Source of the DNA: Eledone cirrhosa
Taxonomy: Eukaryota
DNA: 64,000 nt
Assembly: GCA_964016885.1 (NCBI GenBank)
Contig: OZ024740.1
Location: forward strand, 16,182,001-16,246,000
Direction of reading: 5' to 3'
Positions 1-14,010 of the stretch are shown one piece after another (the first letter of the stretch is position 1; each line of letters opens with the position of its first letter). The notes under the pieces were generated by a model that made no database searches, was not told where the DNA came from, and worked only from the letters and a program-made list of their open reading frames with translations. A program made the position numbers and the translations under genes.

Positions 1-69
1 GAGGGTCTTCAGAGGAGAAGCTCTCGGGAGAGCTGTACAGCAGAAGGTCTTCAGAGAAGAAACTCTCAG

Positions 70-3000
70 GAGAGCTGGACAGCAGAAGGTCTTCAGAGAA
101 GAAACTCTTAGGAGAGCTGGATAGCAGAAGGTCTTCAGAGAAGAAACTCTCGGGAGAGCTGGACAGCAGAAGGTCTTTAGAGAAGAAACTATCAGGGGAG
201 CTGGATAGCAGAAGGTCTTCAGAGAAGAAACTTTCGGGAGAGCTGGACAGCAGAAGGTCTTCAGAGAAGAAACTCTCAGGAGAGCTGGACAGCAGAAGGT
301 CTTTAGAGAAGAAACTCTCAGGATAGCTAGACAGAAGAAGGTCTTCAGAGAAGAAACTCTCAGGAGAGCTGGACAGCAGAAGGTCTTCAGAGAAGAAACT
401 CTCAGGAGAGCTGGACAGTAGAAGGTCTTTAGAGAAGAAACTCTCAGGAGAGCGAGACAGCAGAATGTCTTCAGAGAAGAAACTCTCCGGAGAGCTGGAC
501 AGCAGAAGGTCTTCAGAGGAGAAATTCTGAGGAGAACTGGACAGCAGAAGGTCTTCAGAGAAGAAACTCTGAGAAGGGTTGTACAGTAGGTCTTCAGAGA
601 AGAAACTCTCAGGAGAGCTGGACAACAGAAGGTCTTCAGAGAAGAAACTCTCAGGAGAGCTGGTCAGCAGAAGGTCTTCAGAGAAGAAACTCTTAGGAGA
701 GCTGGATAGTAGAAGGTCTTCAGAGAAGAAACTCTCGGGAGAGCTGGAGAGCAGAAGGTCTTTAGATAAGAAACTCTCAGGAGAGCTGGACAGCAGAAGG
801 TCTTCAGAGAAGAAACTCTCAGGAGAGCTGGACAGCAGAAGGTCTTCAGAGAAGAAACTCTCAGGAGAGCTGGACAGCAGAAGGTCTTCAGAAAAGAAAC
901 TCTCAGGAGAGCTAGACAGCAGAAGGTCTTCAGAGAAGAAACTCTCACGAGAGCTGGACAGCAGAAGGTCTTCAGAGGAGAAGCTCTGAGGAGAGCTGGA
1001 CAGCAGAAGGTCTTCAGAGAAGAAACTCTGAGGAGAGCTGGACAGCAGAAGGTCTTCAGAGAAGAAACTCTGAGGAGAGCTGTGCAGTAGGTCTTCAGAG
1101 AAGAAACTCTTAGGAGAGCTGGACAGCAGAAGGTCTTCAGAGAAGAAACTCTGAGGAGAGCTGTGCAGTAGGTCTTCAGAGAAGAAACTCTTAGAAGAGC
1201 TGGACAGCAGAAGGTCTTCAGAGAAGAAACTCTCAGGAGAGCTGGACAGTAGAAGGTCTTCAGAGAAGAAACTGTCAGGAGAGCTGGACAGCAGAAGGTC
1301 TTCAGAGAAGAATCTCTCAGGAGTACTGGACAGCAGAAGGTCTTCGGAGAAGAAACTCTCGGGAGAGTTGGACAGCAGAAGGTCTTCAGAGAAGAAACTC
1401 TCAGGAGAGCTAGACAGCAGAAGGTCTTCAGAGATGAAACTGTCAGGAGAGCTGGACAGTAGGTCTTCAGAGAAGAAACTCTCGGGAGAGCTGCACAGCA
1501 GAAGGTCTTTAGAGAAGAAACTCTCAGGAGAGCTGGACATCAGAAGGTCTTCAGAAAAGAAACTGTCAGGAGACCTGGACAGCAGAAGGTCTTTAGAGAA
1601 GAAACTCTCAGGAGAGCTGAACAGCAGAAGGTCTTTAGAGAAGAAACTCTCAGGAGAGCTGGACAGCAGAAGGTCTTCAGAAAAGAAACTCTCAGGAGAG
1701 CTAGACAGCAGAAGGTCTTCAGAGAAGAAACTCTCACGAGAGCTGGACAGCAGAAGGTCTTCAGAGGAGAAGCTCTCGGGAGAGCTGGACAGCAGAAGGT
1801 CTTCAGAGAAGAAACTCTCAGGAGAGCTGGACAGCAGAAGGTCTTCAGAGAAGAAACTGTCAGGAGAGCTGGACAGCGGAAGGTCTTCAAAGAAGAAACT
1901 CTCAGGAGAGCTGAACAGCAGAAAGTCTTTAGAGAAGAAACTCTCAGGAGAGCTAGACAGCAGAAGGTCTTCAGAGAAGAAACTGTCATGAGAGCTGGAC
2001 AGCAGAAGGTCTTTAGAGAAGAAACTCTCAGGAGAGCTGGACAGCAGAAGGTCTTCAGAGAAGAAACTCTCAGGACAGCTGGATAGTAGAAGGTCTTTAG
2101 AGAAGAAACTCTCAGGAGAGCTGGACAGCAGGAGGTCTTCAGAAAAGAATCTCTCATGACAGCTGGACAGCAGAAGGTCTTCAGAAAAGAAACTCTCAGG
2201 AGAGCTAGACAGCAGAAGGACTTCAGAGCAGAAACTCTAGGGAGAGCTGGACAGCAGAAGGTCTTCAGTGAAGAAACTCAGGAGAGCTAGACAGCAGAAG
2301 GTCTTCAGAGAAGAAACTGTCAGGAAAGCTGGACAGCAGAAGGTCTTCAGAGTAGAAACTCTCAGGAGAGCTGGACAGCAGAAGGGCTTCAGAGAAGAAT
2401 CTCTCAGGAGAGCTGGATAGCAGAAGGTCTTCAGAGAAGAAACTGTCAGGAGAGCTGGATAGCAGAAGGTCGTTAGAGAAGAAACTCTCAGGAGAGCTGG
2501 ACAGCAGAAGGTCTTCAGAGAAGAAACTCAGGAGAGCTAGACAGCAGAAGGTCTTCAGAGAAGAAACTGTCAGGAGAGCTGGACAGCAGAAGGTCTTTAG
2601 AGAAGAAACTGTCAGGAGAGCTGGACAGCAGAAGGTCGTTAGAGAAGAAACTCTCAGGAGAGCTGGACAGCAGAAGGTCTTCAGAGAAGAAACTGTCAGG
2701 AGAGCTGGACAGCAGAAGGTCTTCAGAGAAGATACTCTCACGAGAGCTGGACAGCAGAAGGTCTTCAGAGAAGAAACTCTCAGGAGAGCTGGACAGCAGA
2801 AGGTCTTCAGAGAAGAAACTCTCAGGAGAGCTGGACAGCAGAAGGTCTTTAGAGGAGAAACTCTCAGGAGAGCTAGACAGCAGAAGGTCTTCAGAGAAGA
2901 AACTCTCCGGAGAGCTGGACAGCAGAAGGTCTTCAGAGAAGAAACTCTGAGGAGAGCTGGACAGCAGAAGGTCTTCAGAGAAGAAACTCTGAGAAGAGTT

Positions 3001-6000
3001 GTACAGTAGGTCTTCAGAGAAGAAACTCTCAGGAGAGCTGGACAGCAGAAGGTCTTCAGAGAAGAAACTCTCAGGAGAGCTAGACAGCAGAAGGTCTTCA
3101 GAGGAGTAACTCTCAGGAGAGATAGACAGCAGAAGGTCTTCAGAGAAGAAACTCTCAGGAGAGCCCGGACAGCATAAGGTCTTCAGAGAAGAAACTCTCA
3201 GGAGAGCTGGACAGCAGAAGGTCTTCAGAGAAGAAACTCTTAGGAGAGCTGGATAGCAGAAGGTCTTCAGAGAAGAAACTCTCGGGAGAGCTGGACAGCA
3301 GAAGGTCTTTAGAGAAGAAACTCTCAGGAAGGCTAGACAGTAGAAGGTCTTCAGAATACAAACTGTCATGAGAGTTGGACAGCAGAAGGTCTTTAGAGAA
3401 GAAACTGTCAGGAGATCTGGACAGCAGAAGGTCTTTAGAGAAGATACTCTCACGAGAGCTGGACAGCAGAAGGTCTTCAGAGAAGAAACTCTCAGGAGAG
3501 CTGGACAGCAGAAGGTCTTCAGAGAAGAAACTGTCAGGAGAGCTGGACAGCAGAAGGTCTTTAGAGAAGAAACTCTCAGGAGAGCTGAACAGCAGAAAGT
3601 CTTTAGAGAAGAAACTCTCAGGAGAGCTAGACAGCAGAAGGTCTTCAGAGAAGAAACTGTCATGAGAGCTGGACAGCAGAAGGTCTTTACAGAAGAAACT
3701 CTCAGGAGAGCTGGACAGCAGAAGGTCTTCAGAGAAGAAACTCTAAGGACAGCTGGACAGTAGAGGGTCTTTAGAGAAGAAACTCTCAGGAGAGCTGGAC
3801 AGCAGGAGGTCTTCAGAAAAGAATCTCTCATGACAGCTGGACAGCAGAAGGTCTTCAGAGAAGAAACTCTCAGGAGAGCTAGACAGCAGAAGGACTTCAG
3901 AGCAGAAACTCTAGGGAGAGCTGGACAGCAGAAGGTCTACAGTGAAGAAACTCAGGAGAGCTAGACAGCAGAAGGTCTTCAGAGAAGAAACTGTCAGGAA
4001 AGCTGGACAGCAGAAGGTCTTCAGAGAAGAAACTCTCAGGAGAGCTAGACAGCAGAAGGTCTTCAGAGTAGAAACTCTAAGGAGAGCTGGACAGCAGAAG
4101 GGCTTCAGAGAAGAATCTCTCAGGAGTGCTGGATAGCAGAAGGTCTTCAGAGAAGAAACTGTCAGGAGAGCTGGACAGCAGAATGTCGTTAGAGAAGAAA
4201 CTCTCAGGAGAGCTGGACAGCAGAAGGTCTTCAGAGAAGAAACTCAGGAGAGCTAGACAGCAGAAGGTCTTCAGAGAAGAAACTGTCAGGAGAGCTGGAC
4301 AGCAGAAGGTCTTTAGAGAAGAAACTGTCAGGAGAGCTGGACAGCAGAAGGTCGATAGAGAAGAAACTCTCAGGAGAGCTGGACAGCAGAGGGTCTTCAG
4401 AGAAGAAACTGTCAGGAGAGCTGGACAGCAGAAGGTCTTCAGAGAAGATACTCTCATGAGAGCTGGACAGCAGAAGGTCTTCAGAGAGGAAACTCTCAGG
4501 AGAGCTGGACAGCAGAAGGTCTTCAGAGAAGAAACTCTCAGGAGAGCTGGACAGCAGAAGGTCTTTAGAGGAGAAACTCTCAGGAGAGCTAGACAGCAGA
4601 AGGTCTTCAGAAAAGAATCTCTCATGACAGCTGGACGGCAGAAGGTCTTCAGAGAAGAAACTCTCAGGAGAGCTAGACAGCAGAAGGACTTCAGAGCAGA
4701 AACTCTAGGGAGAGCTGGACAGCAGAAGGTCTACAGTGAAGAAACTCAGGAGAGCTAGACAGCAGAAGGTCTTCAGAGAAGAAACTGTCAGGAAAGCTGG
4801 ACAGCAGAAGGTCTTCAGAGAAGAAACTCTCAGGAGAGCTAGACAGCAGAAGGTCTTCAGAGTAGAAACTCTAAGGAGAGCTGGACAGCAGAAGGGCTTC
4901 AGAGAAGAATCTCTCAGGAGAGCTGGATAGCAGAAGGTCTTCAGAGAAGAAACTGTCAGTAGAGCTGGACAGCAGAAGGTCGTTAGAGAAGAAACTCTCA
5001 GGAGAGCTGGACAGCAGAAGGTCTTCAGAGAAGAAACTCAGGAGAGCTAGACAGCAGAAGGTCTTCAGAGAAGAAACTGTCAGGAGAGCTGGACAGCAGA
5101 AGGTCTTTAGAGAAGAAACTGTCAGGAGAGCTGGACAGCAGAAGGTCGTTAGAGAAGAAACTCTCAGGAGAGCTGGACAGCAGAAGGTCTTCAGAGAAGA
5201 AACTGTCAGGAGAGCTGGACAGCAGAAGGTCTTCAGAGAAGATACTCTCACGAGAGCTGGACAGCAGAAGGTCTTCAGAGAAGAAACTCTCAGGAGAGCT
5301 GGACAGCAGAAGGTCTTCAGAGAAGAAACTCTCAGGAGAGCTGGACAGCAGAAGGTCTTTAGAGGAGAAACTCTCAGGAGAGCTAGACAGCAGAAGGTCT
5401 TCAGAGAAGAAACTCTCCGGAGAGCTGGACAGCAGAAGGTCTTCAGAGAAGAAACTCTGAGGAGAGCTGGACAGCAGAAGGTCTTCAGAGAAGAAACTCT
5501 GAGAAGAGTTGTACAGTAGGTCTTCAGAGAAGAAACTCTCAGGAGAGCTGGACAGCAGAAGGTCTTCAGAGAAGAAACTCTCAGGAGAGCTAGACAGCAG
5601 AAGGTCTTCAGAGGAGTAACTCTCAGGAGAGATAGACAGCAGAAGGTCTTCAGAGAAGAAACTCTCAGAAGAGCTGGACAGCAGAAGGTCTTCAGAGAAG
5701 AAACTCTCAGGAGAGCTGGACAGCAGAAGGTCTTCAGAGAAGAAACTCTTAGGAGAGCTGGATAGCAGAAGGTCTTCAGAGAAGAAACTCTCGGGAGAGC
5801 TGGACAGCAGAAGGTCTTTAGAGAAGAAACTCTCAGGAAGGCTAGACAGCAGAAGGTCTTCAGAATACAAACTGCCATGAGAGTTGGACAGCAGAAGGTC
5901 TTTAGAGAAGAAACTGTCAGGAGAGCTGGACAGCAGAAGGTCTTTAGAGAAGAAACTCTCAGGAGAGCTGGACAGCAGAAGGTCTTCAGAGAAGAAACTG

Positions 6001-6900
6001 TCAGGAGAGCTGGACAGCAGAAGGTGTTCAGAGAAGAAACTCTCAGGAGAGCTAGACAGCAGAAGGTCTTCAGAGTAGAAACTCTAAGGAGAGCTGGACA
6101 GCAGAAGGTCGTTAGAGAAGAAACTCTCAGGAGAGCTGGACAACAGAAGGTCTTCAGAGAAGAAACTCAGGAGAGCTAGACAGCAGAAGGTCTTCAGAGA
6201 AGAAACTGTCAGGAGAGCTGGACAGCAGAAGGTCTTTAGAGAAGAAACTGTCAGGAGAGCTGGACAGCAGAAGGTCGTTAGAGAAGAAACTCTCAGGAGA
6301 GCTGGACAGCAGAAGGTCTTCAGAGAAGAAACTGTCAGGAGAGCTGGACAGCAGAAGGTCTTCAGAGAAGATACTCTCACGAGAGCTGGACAGCAGAAGG
6401 TCTTCAGAGAAGAAACTCTCAGGAGAGCTGGACAGCAGAAGGTCTTCAGAGAAGAAACTCTCAGGAGAGCTGGTCAGCAGAAGGTCTTTAGAGGAGAAAC
6501 TCTCAGGAGAGCTAGACAGCAGAAGGTCTTCAGAAAAGAATCTCTCATGACAGCTGGACAGCAGAAGGTCTTCAGAGAAGAAACTCTCAGGAGAGCTAGA
6601 CAGCAGAAGGACTTCAGAGCAGAAACTCTAGGGAGAGCTGGACAGCAGAAGGTCTACAGTGAAGAAACTCAGGAGAGCTAGACAGCAGAAGGTCTTCAGA
6701 GAAGAAACTGTCAGGAAAGCTGGACAGCAGAAGGTCTTCAGAGAAGAAACTCTCAGGAGAGCTAGACAGCAGAAGGTCTTCAGAGTAGAAACTCTAAGGA
6801 GAGCTGGACAGCAGAAGGGCTTCAGAGGAGTATCTCTCAGGAGAGCTGGATAGCAGAAGGTCTTCAGAGAAGAAACTGTCAGGAGCGCTGGACAGCAGAA
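70..6900 (+). repeat. Copy A of a large intra-array duplication (partner ~15755-23940)
   Basis: Private variants recur at offset 15685: GGATAGCTAGACAGAAG at 321 and 16006, and ORF starts at 579 and 16264. The offset later becomes 17025 (ORF starts 4736/21761 and 6659/23684). Boundaries are approximate. Confidence 0.85.
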
Positions 6901-9900
6901 GGTCGTTAGAGAAGAAACTCTCAGGAGAGCTAGACAGCAGAAGGTCTTCAGAGAAGAAACTCTAGGGAGAGCTGGACAGCAGAAGGTCTTTAGAGAAGAA
7001 ACTCTCAGGAGAGCTAGACAGCAGAAGGTCTTCAGAGAAGAAACTCTCAGGAGAGATGGACAGCAGAAGGTCTTCAGAGAAGAAGCTCTCGGGAGAGTTG
7101 GACAGCAGAAGGTCATCAGAGAAGAATCTCTCAGGAGAGCTAGACAGCAGAAGGTCTTTAGAGAAGAAACTCTCAGGAGAGCTAGACAGCAGAAGGTCTT
7201 CAGAGAAGAAACTCTCAGGAGAGCTGGATAGCAGAAGGTCTTCAGAGAAGGAACTCTTGGGAGAGCTGGACAGCAGAAGGTCTTTAGAGAAGAAACTCTC
7301 AGGAGAGCTAGACAGCAGAAGGTCTTCAGAGAAGAAACTCTCAGGAGAGCTGGATAGCAGAAGGTCTTCAGAGAAGAAACTCTCAGGAGAGCTGGCCAGC
7401 AGGAGGTCTTCAGAGAAGAAACTGTCAGGAGAGCTGGACAGTAGGTCTTCAGAGAAGAAACTCTCAGGAGAGCTAGACAGTAGAAGGTCTTTAGTGAAGA
7501 AACTCTCAGGAGAGCTGGACAGCAGATGGTCTTCAGAGAAGAAACTGTCAGGAGAGCTGGACAGCAGAAGGTCTTTAGAGAAGAAACACTCAGGAGAGCT
7601 GGACAGCAGAAGGTCTTCAGAATACAAACTGTCATGAGAGCTGGACAGCAGAAGGTCCTCAGAGAAGAAACTCTCACGAGAGCTGGACAGCAGAAGGTCT
7701 TCAGAGAAGAAGCACTCGGGAAAGCTGGACAACAGAAGGTCTTCAAAGAAGAAACTCGCAGGAGAGCTAGACAGCAGAAGGTCTTCAGAGAAGAAACTCT
7801 CAGGAGAGTTAGACAGCAGAAGGTCTTCAGAGAAGAAACTCTAGGGCGAGCTGGACAGCAGAAGGACTTCAGAGAAGAAACTCAGGAGAGCTAGACAGCA
7901 GAACGTCTTCAGAGAAGAAACTGTAAGGAAAGCTGGAGAGCAGAAGGTCTTCAGAGAAGAAACTCTCAGGAGAGCTGGATAGCAGAAGGTATTCAGAGAA
8001 GAAACTCTTGGGAGAGCAGGACAGCAGAAGGTCTTTAGAGAAGAATCTGTCAGGCGAGCTAGACAGCAGAAGATCTTCAGAGAAGAAACAGTCAGGAGAG
8101 CTGGACAGCAGAAGGTTTTAGAGAAGAAACTGTCAGGAGAGCGGGACAGTAGAAGATCTTTAGAGACGAAACTCTCAGGAGAGCTGGAGAGTAGAAGGTC
8201 TTCAGAGAAGAAACTCGCAGGAGAGCAAGACAGCAGAAGGTCTTTAGAGAAGAAACTCTCAGGAGAGATAGACAGCAGAAGGTCTTCAGAGAAGAAACTC
8301 TCAGGAGAGATGGACAGCAGAAGGTCTTCAGAGAAGAAACTCTCAGGAGAGCTGGATAGCAGAAGGTCTTCAGAGAAGAAACTCTCAGGAGAGCTGGACA
8401 TTAGAAGGTCTTTAGAGAAGAAACTCTCAGGAGAGCCTTACAGCAGAAGGTCTTCAGAGAAGAAACTGTCAGGAGAGCTGGACAGCAGAAGGTCTTCAGA
8501 GAAGAAACTCTCAGGAGAGCTGGACAGCAGAAGTTCTTCAGAGAAGAAACTGTCAGGAGAGCTGGACAGCAGAAGGTCTTCAGAGAAGAAACTCTCAGGA
8601 GAGCTAGACTGCAGAATGTCTTCAGTGAAGTAACTTTTGGGAGTGCTGGACAGCAGAAGGTCTTTAGAGAAGAAACTCAGGAGAGCTGGACAGCAGAAGG
8701 TCTTCAGAGAAGAAACTCTCAGGAGAGCTGGACAGCAGAAGGTCTTCCGAGAAGAAACTGTGAGGAGAGCTGTACAGTAGGTCTTCAGAGAAGAAACTCT
8801 CAGGCGAGCTGGACAGCAGAAGGTCTTCAGAGAAGAAACTCTCAGGAGAGCTAGACAGCAGAAGGTCTTCAGAGGAGGAACTCTCAGGAGAGATAGACAG
8901 CAGAAGGTCTTCAGAGAAGAAACTCTCAGGAGAGCTGGACAGCAGAAGGTCTTCAGAGAAGAAACTCTCAGGAGAGCTGGACAGCAGAAGGTCTTCAGAG
9001 AAGAAACTCTTAGGAGAGCTGGATAGCAGAAGGTCTTCAGAGAAGAAACTCTCAGGAGAGCTGGACAGCAGAAGGTCTTTAGAGAAGAAACTCTCAGGAG
9101 GGCTAGACAGCAGAAGGTCTTCAGAGAAGAAACTGTCAGGAGAGCTGGACAGCAGAAGGTCTTTAGAGAAGAAACTGTCAGGAGAGCTGGACATCAGAAG
9201 GTCTTTAGAGAAGAAACTCTCAGGAGAGCTGGACAGCAGAAGGTCTTCAGAGAAGAAACTGTCAGGAGAGCTGGACAGCAGAAGGTCTTCAGAGAAGAAA
9301 CTCTCAGGAGAGCTAGACAGCAGAAGGTCTTCAGAGAAGATACTCTCAGGAGAGCTGGACAGCAGAAGGTCTTCAGAGAAGAAACTCTCGGGAGAGCTGG
9401 ACAGCAGAAGGTCTTTAGAGAAGAAACTGTCAGGAGAGCTGGACAGCAGAATGTCTTTAGAGAAGAAACTCTCAGGAGAGCTGGAGAGCAGAAGGTCTTC
9501 AGAGAAGAAACTGTCAGGAGAGCTGGACAGCAGAAGGTCTTCAGAGAAGAAACTCTTAGGAGAGCTGGATAGCAGAAGGTCTTCAGAGAAGAAACTCTCG
9601 GGAGAGCTGGACAGCAGAAGGTCTTTAGAGAAGAAACTCTCAGGAGAGCTGGATAGCAGAAGGTCTTCAGAGAAGAAACTTTCGGGAGAGCTGGACAGCA
9701 GAAGGTCTTCAGAGAAGAAACTCTCAGGAGAGCTGGACAGCAGAAGGTCTTTAGAGAAGAAACTCTCAGGATAGCTAGACAGAAGAAGGTCTTCAGAGAA
9801 GAAACTCTCAGGAGAGCTGGACAGAAGAAGGTCTTTAGAGAAGAAACTCTCAGGAGAGCTGGACAGCAGAAGGTCTTTAGAGAAGAAACTCTCAGGAGAG

Positions 9901-10369
9901 CTGGACAGTAGAAGGTTTTCAGAGAAGAAACTCTTGGGAGAGCAGGACAGCAGAAGGTCTTTAGAGAAGAATCTGTCAGGCGAGCTAGACAGCAGAAGAT
10001 CTTCAGAGAAGAAACAGTCAGGAGAGCTGGACAGCAGAAGGTTTTAGAGAAGAAACTGTCAGGAGAGCGGGACAGTAGAAGATCTTTAGAGACGAAACTC
10101 TCAGGAGAGCTGGAGAGTAGAAGGTCTTCAGAGAAGAAACTGTCATGAGACCTGGACAGCAGAAGTTCTTTAGAGAAGAAACTCTCAGGAGAGCTGGCCA
10201 GCAGAAGGTCTTCAGAGAAGAAACTGTCAGGAGGGCTAGACAGCAGAAGGTCTTCAGAGAAGAAACTCTCAGGAGAGCTAGACAGCAGAATGTCTTCTGA
10301 GATGAAACTGTCAGGAGAGCTGGACAGTAGGTCTTCAGAGAAGAAACTCTCGGGAGAGCTGGACAGCAG

Positions 10370-13300
10370 AAGGTCTTTAGAGAAGAAACTCTCAGGAGAG
10401 CTGGACAGTAGAAGGTCTTTAGAGAAGAAACTCTCAGGAGAGCTGGACAGCAGAAGGTCTTCAGAGAAGAAACTGTCAGGAGAGCTGGGCAGCAGAAGGT
10501 CTTTAGAGAAGAAACTCTCAGGAGAGCTGGACAGCAGAAGGTCTTCAGAAAACAAACTGTCATGAGAGCTGGACTGCAGAAGGTCTTCAGAGAAGAAACT
10601 CGCAGGAGAGCAAGACAGCAGAAGGTCTTTAGAGAAGAAACTCTCAGGAGAGATAGACAGCAGAAGGTCTTCAGAGAAGAAACTCTCAGGAGAGATGGAC
10701 AGCAGAAGGTCTTCAGAGAAGAAACTCTCAGGAGAGCTGGATAGCAGAAGGTCTTCAGAGAAGAAACTCTCAGGAGAGCTGGACATCAGAAGGTCTTTAG
10801 AGAAGAAACTCTCAGGAGAGCCTTACAGCAGAAGGTCTTCAGAGAAGAAACTGTCAGGAGAGCTGGACAGCAGAAGGTCTTCAGAGAAGAAACTCTCAGG
10901 AGAGCTGGACAGCAGAAGTTCTTCAGAGAAGAAACTGTCAGGAGAGCTGGACAGCAGAAGGTCTTCAGAGAAGAAACTCTCAGGAGAGCTAGACTGCAGA
11001 ATGTCTTCAGTGAAGTAACTTTTGGGAGTGCTGGACAGCAGAAGGTCTTTAGAGAAGAAACTCAGGAGAGCTGGACAGCAGAAGGTCTTCAGAGAAGAAA
11101 CTCTCAGGAGAGCTGGACAGCAGAAGGTCTTCCGAGAAGAAACTGTGAGGAGAGCTGTACAGTAGGTCTTCAGAGAAGAAACTCTCAGGCGAGCTGGACA
11201 GCAGAAGGTCTTCAGAGAAGAAACTCTCAGGAGAGCTAGACAGCAGAAGGTCTTCAGAGGAGAAACTCTCAGGAGAGATAGACAGCAGAAGGTCTTTAGA
11301 GGAGAAACTCTCAGGAGAGCTGGACAGCAGAAGGTCTTCAGAGAAGTAACTCTCAGGAGAGCTGGACAGCAGAAGGTCTTCAGAGAAGAAACTCTCAGGA
11401 GAGCTGGACAGCAGAAGGTCTTCAGAGAAGAAACTGTCAGGAGAGCTGGACAGCAGAAGGTCTTTAGAGAAGAAACTCTCAGTAGAGCTGGACAGCAGAA
11501 GGTCTTCAGAGAAGAAACTGTCAGGAGAGCTGGACAGCAGAAGGTCTTTAGAGAAGAAACTCTCAGGAGGGCTAGACAGCAGAAGGTCTTCAGAGAAGAA
11601 ACTGTCAGGAGAGCTGGACAGCAGAAGGTCTTTAGAGAAGAAACTGTCAGAAGAGCTGGACATCAGAAGGTCTTTAGAGAAGAAACGCTCAGGAGAGATA
11701 GACAGCAGAAGGTCTTCAGAGAAGAAACTCTCAGGAGAACTGGATAGCAGAAGGTCTTCAGAGAAGAAACTCTCAGGAGAGCTGGACAGCAGAAGGTCTT
11801 TAGAGAAGAAACTCTCAGGAGGGCTAGACAGCAGAAGGTCTTCAGAGAAGAAACTGTCAGGAGAGCTGGACAGCAGAAGGTCTTTAGAGAAGAAACTGTC
11901 AGGAGAGCTGGACATCAGAAGGTCTTTAGAGAAGAAACTCTCAGGAGAGCTGGACAGCAGAAGGTCTTCAGAGAAGAAACTGTCAGGAGAGCTGGACAGC
12001 AGAAGGTCTTCAGAGAAGAAACTCTCAGGAGAGCTGGACAGCAGAAGGTCTTCAGAGAAGAAACTGTGAGGAGAGCTGTACAGTAGGTCTTCAGAGAAGA
12101 AACTCTCAGGCGAGCTGGACAGCAGAAGGTCTTCAGAGAAGAAACTCTCAGGAGAGCTAGACAGCAGAAGGTCTTCAGAGGAGAAACTCTCAGGAGAGAT
12201 AGACAGCAGAAGGTCTTTAGAGAAGAAACTCTCAGGAGAGCTGGACAGTAGAAGGTCTTTAGAGAAGAAACTCTCAGGAGAGCTGGACAGCAGAAGGTCT
12301 TCAGAGAAGAAACTGTCAGGAGAGCTGGGCAGCAGAAGGTCTTTAGAGAAGAAACTCTCAGGAGAGCTGGACAGCAGAAGGTCTTCAGAAAACAAACTGT
12401 CATGAGAGCTGGACTGCAGAAGGTCTTCAGAGAAGAAACTCGCAGGAGAGCAAGACAGCAGAAGGTCTTTAGAGAAGAAACTCTCAGGAGAGATAGACAG
12501 CAGAAGGTCTTCAGAGAAGAAACTCTCAGGAGAGATGGACAGCAGAAGGTCTTCAGAGAAGAAACTCTCAGGAGAGCTGGATAGCAGAAGGTCTTCAGAG
12601 AAGAAACTCTCAGGAGAGCTGGACATCAGAAGGTCTTTAGAGAAGAAACTCTCAGGAGAGCCTTACAGCAGAAGGTCTTCAGAGAAGAAACTGTCAGGAG
12701 AGCTGGACAGCAGAAGGTCTTCAGAGAAGAAACTCTCAGGAGAGCTGGACAGCAGAAGTTCTTCAGAGAAGAAACTGTCAGGAGAGCTGGACAGCAGAAG
12801 GTCTTCAGAGAAGAAACTCTCAGGAGAGCTAGACTGCAGAATGTCTTCAGTGAAGTAACTTTTGGGAGTGCTGGACAGCAGAAGGTCTTCAGAGAAGAAA
12901 CTCTCAGGAGAGCTGGACAGCAGAAGGTCTTCCGAGAAGAAACTGTGAGGAGAGCTGTACAGTAGGTCTTCAGAGAAGAAACTCTCAGGCGAGCTGGACA
13001 GCAGAAGGTCTTCAGAGAAGAAACTCTCAGGAGAGCTAGACAGCAGAAGGTCTTCAGAGGAGAAACTCTCAGGAGAGATAGACAGCAGAAGGTCTTTAGA
13101 GGAGAAACTCTCAGGAGAGCTGGACAGCAGAAGGTCTTCAGAGAAGAAACTCTCAGGAGAGCTGGACAGCAGAAGGTCTTCAGAGAAGAAACTCTCAGGA
13201 GAGCTGGACAGCAGAAGGTCTTCAGAGAAGAAACTGTCAGGAGAGCTGGACAGCAGAAGGTCTTTAGAGAAGAAACTCTCAGGAGAGCTGGACAGCAGAA

Positions 13301-14010
13301 GGTCTTCAGAGAAGAAACTGTCAGGAGAGCTGGACAGCAGAAGGTCTTTAGAGAAGAAACTCTCAGGAGGGCTAGACAGCAGAAGGTCTTCAGAGAAGAA
13401 ACTGTCAGGAGAGCTGGACAGCAGAAGGTCTTTAGAGAAGAAACTGTCAGAAGAGCTGGACATCAGAAGGTCTTTAGAGAAGAAACGCTCAGGAGAGATA
13501 GACAGCAGAAGGTCTTCAGAGAAGAAACTCTCAGGAGAACTGGATAGCAGAAGGTCTTCAGAGAAGAAACTCTCAGGAGAGCTGGACAGCAGAAGGTCTT
13601 TAGAGAAGAAACTCTCAGGAGGGCTAGACAGCAGAAGGTCTTCAGAGAAGAAACTGTCAGGAGAGCTGGACAGCAGAAGGTCTTTAGAGAAGAAACTGTC
13701 AGGAGAGCTGGACATCAGAAGGTCTTTAGAGAAGAAACTCTCAGGAGAGCTGGACAGCAGAAGGTCTTCAGAGAAGAAACTGTCAGGAGAGCTGGACAGC
13801 AGAAGGTCTTCAGAGAAGAAACTCTCAGGAGAGCTGGACAGCAGAAGGTCTTCAGAGAAGAAACTGTGAGGAGAGCTGTACAGTAGGTCTTCAGAGAAGA
13901 AACTCTCAGGCGAGCTGGACAGCAGAAGGTCTTCAGAGAAGAAACTCTCAGGAGAGCTAGACAGCAGAAGGTCTTCAGAGGAGAAACTCTCAGGAGAGAT
14001 AGACAGCAGA
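10370..14010 (+). repeat. Tandem duplication with period 1840, then 1800 after a 40-bp monomer present only in the first copy
   Basis: Identical ORFs at 10562/12402 and 10695/12535 (offset 1840). Lines 11101 and 12901 are identical (offset 1800). The 40-mer at ~11040-11080 is absent from the second copy. Confidence 0.85.

Noticed and set aside
3160-3172. Unique GAGCCCGGAC +1 variant
   Set aside because: It is a singleton absent from the paralogous monomer at ~18721, so it is a private mutation or consensus error with no wider pattern.
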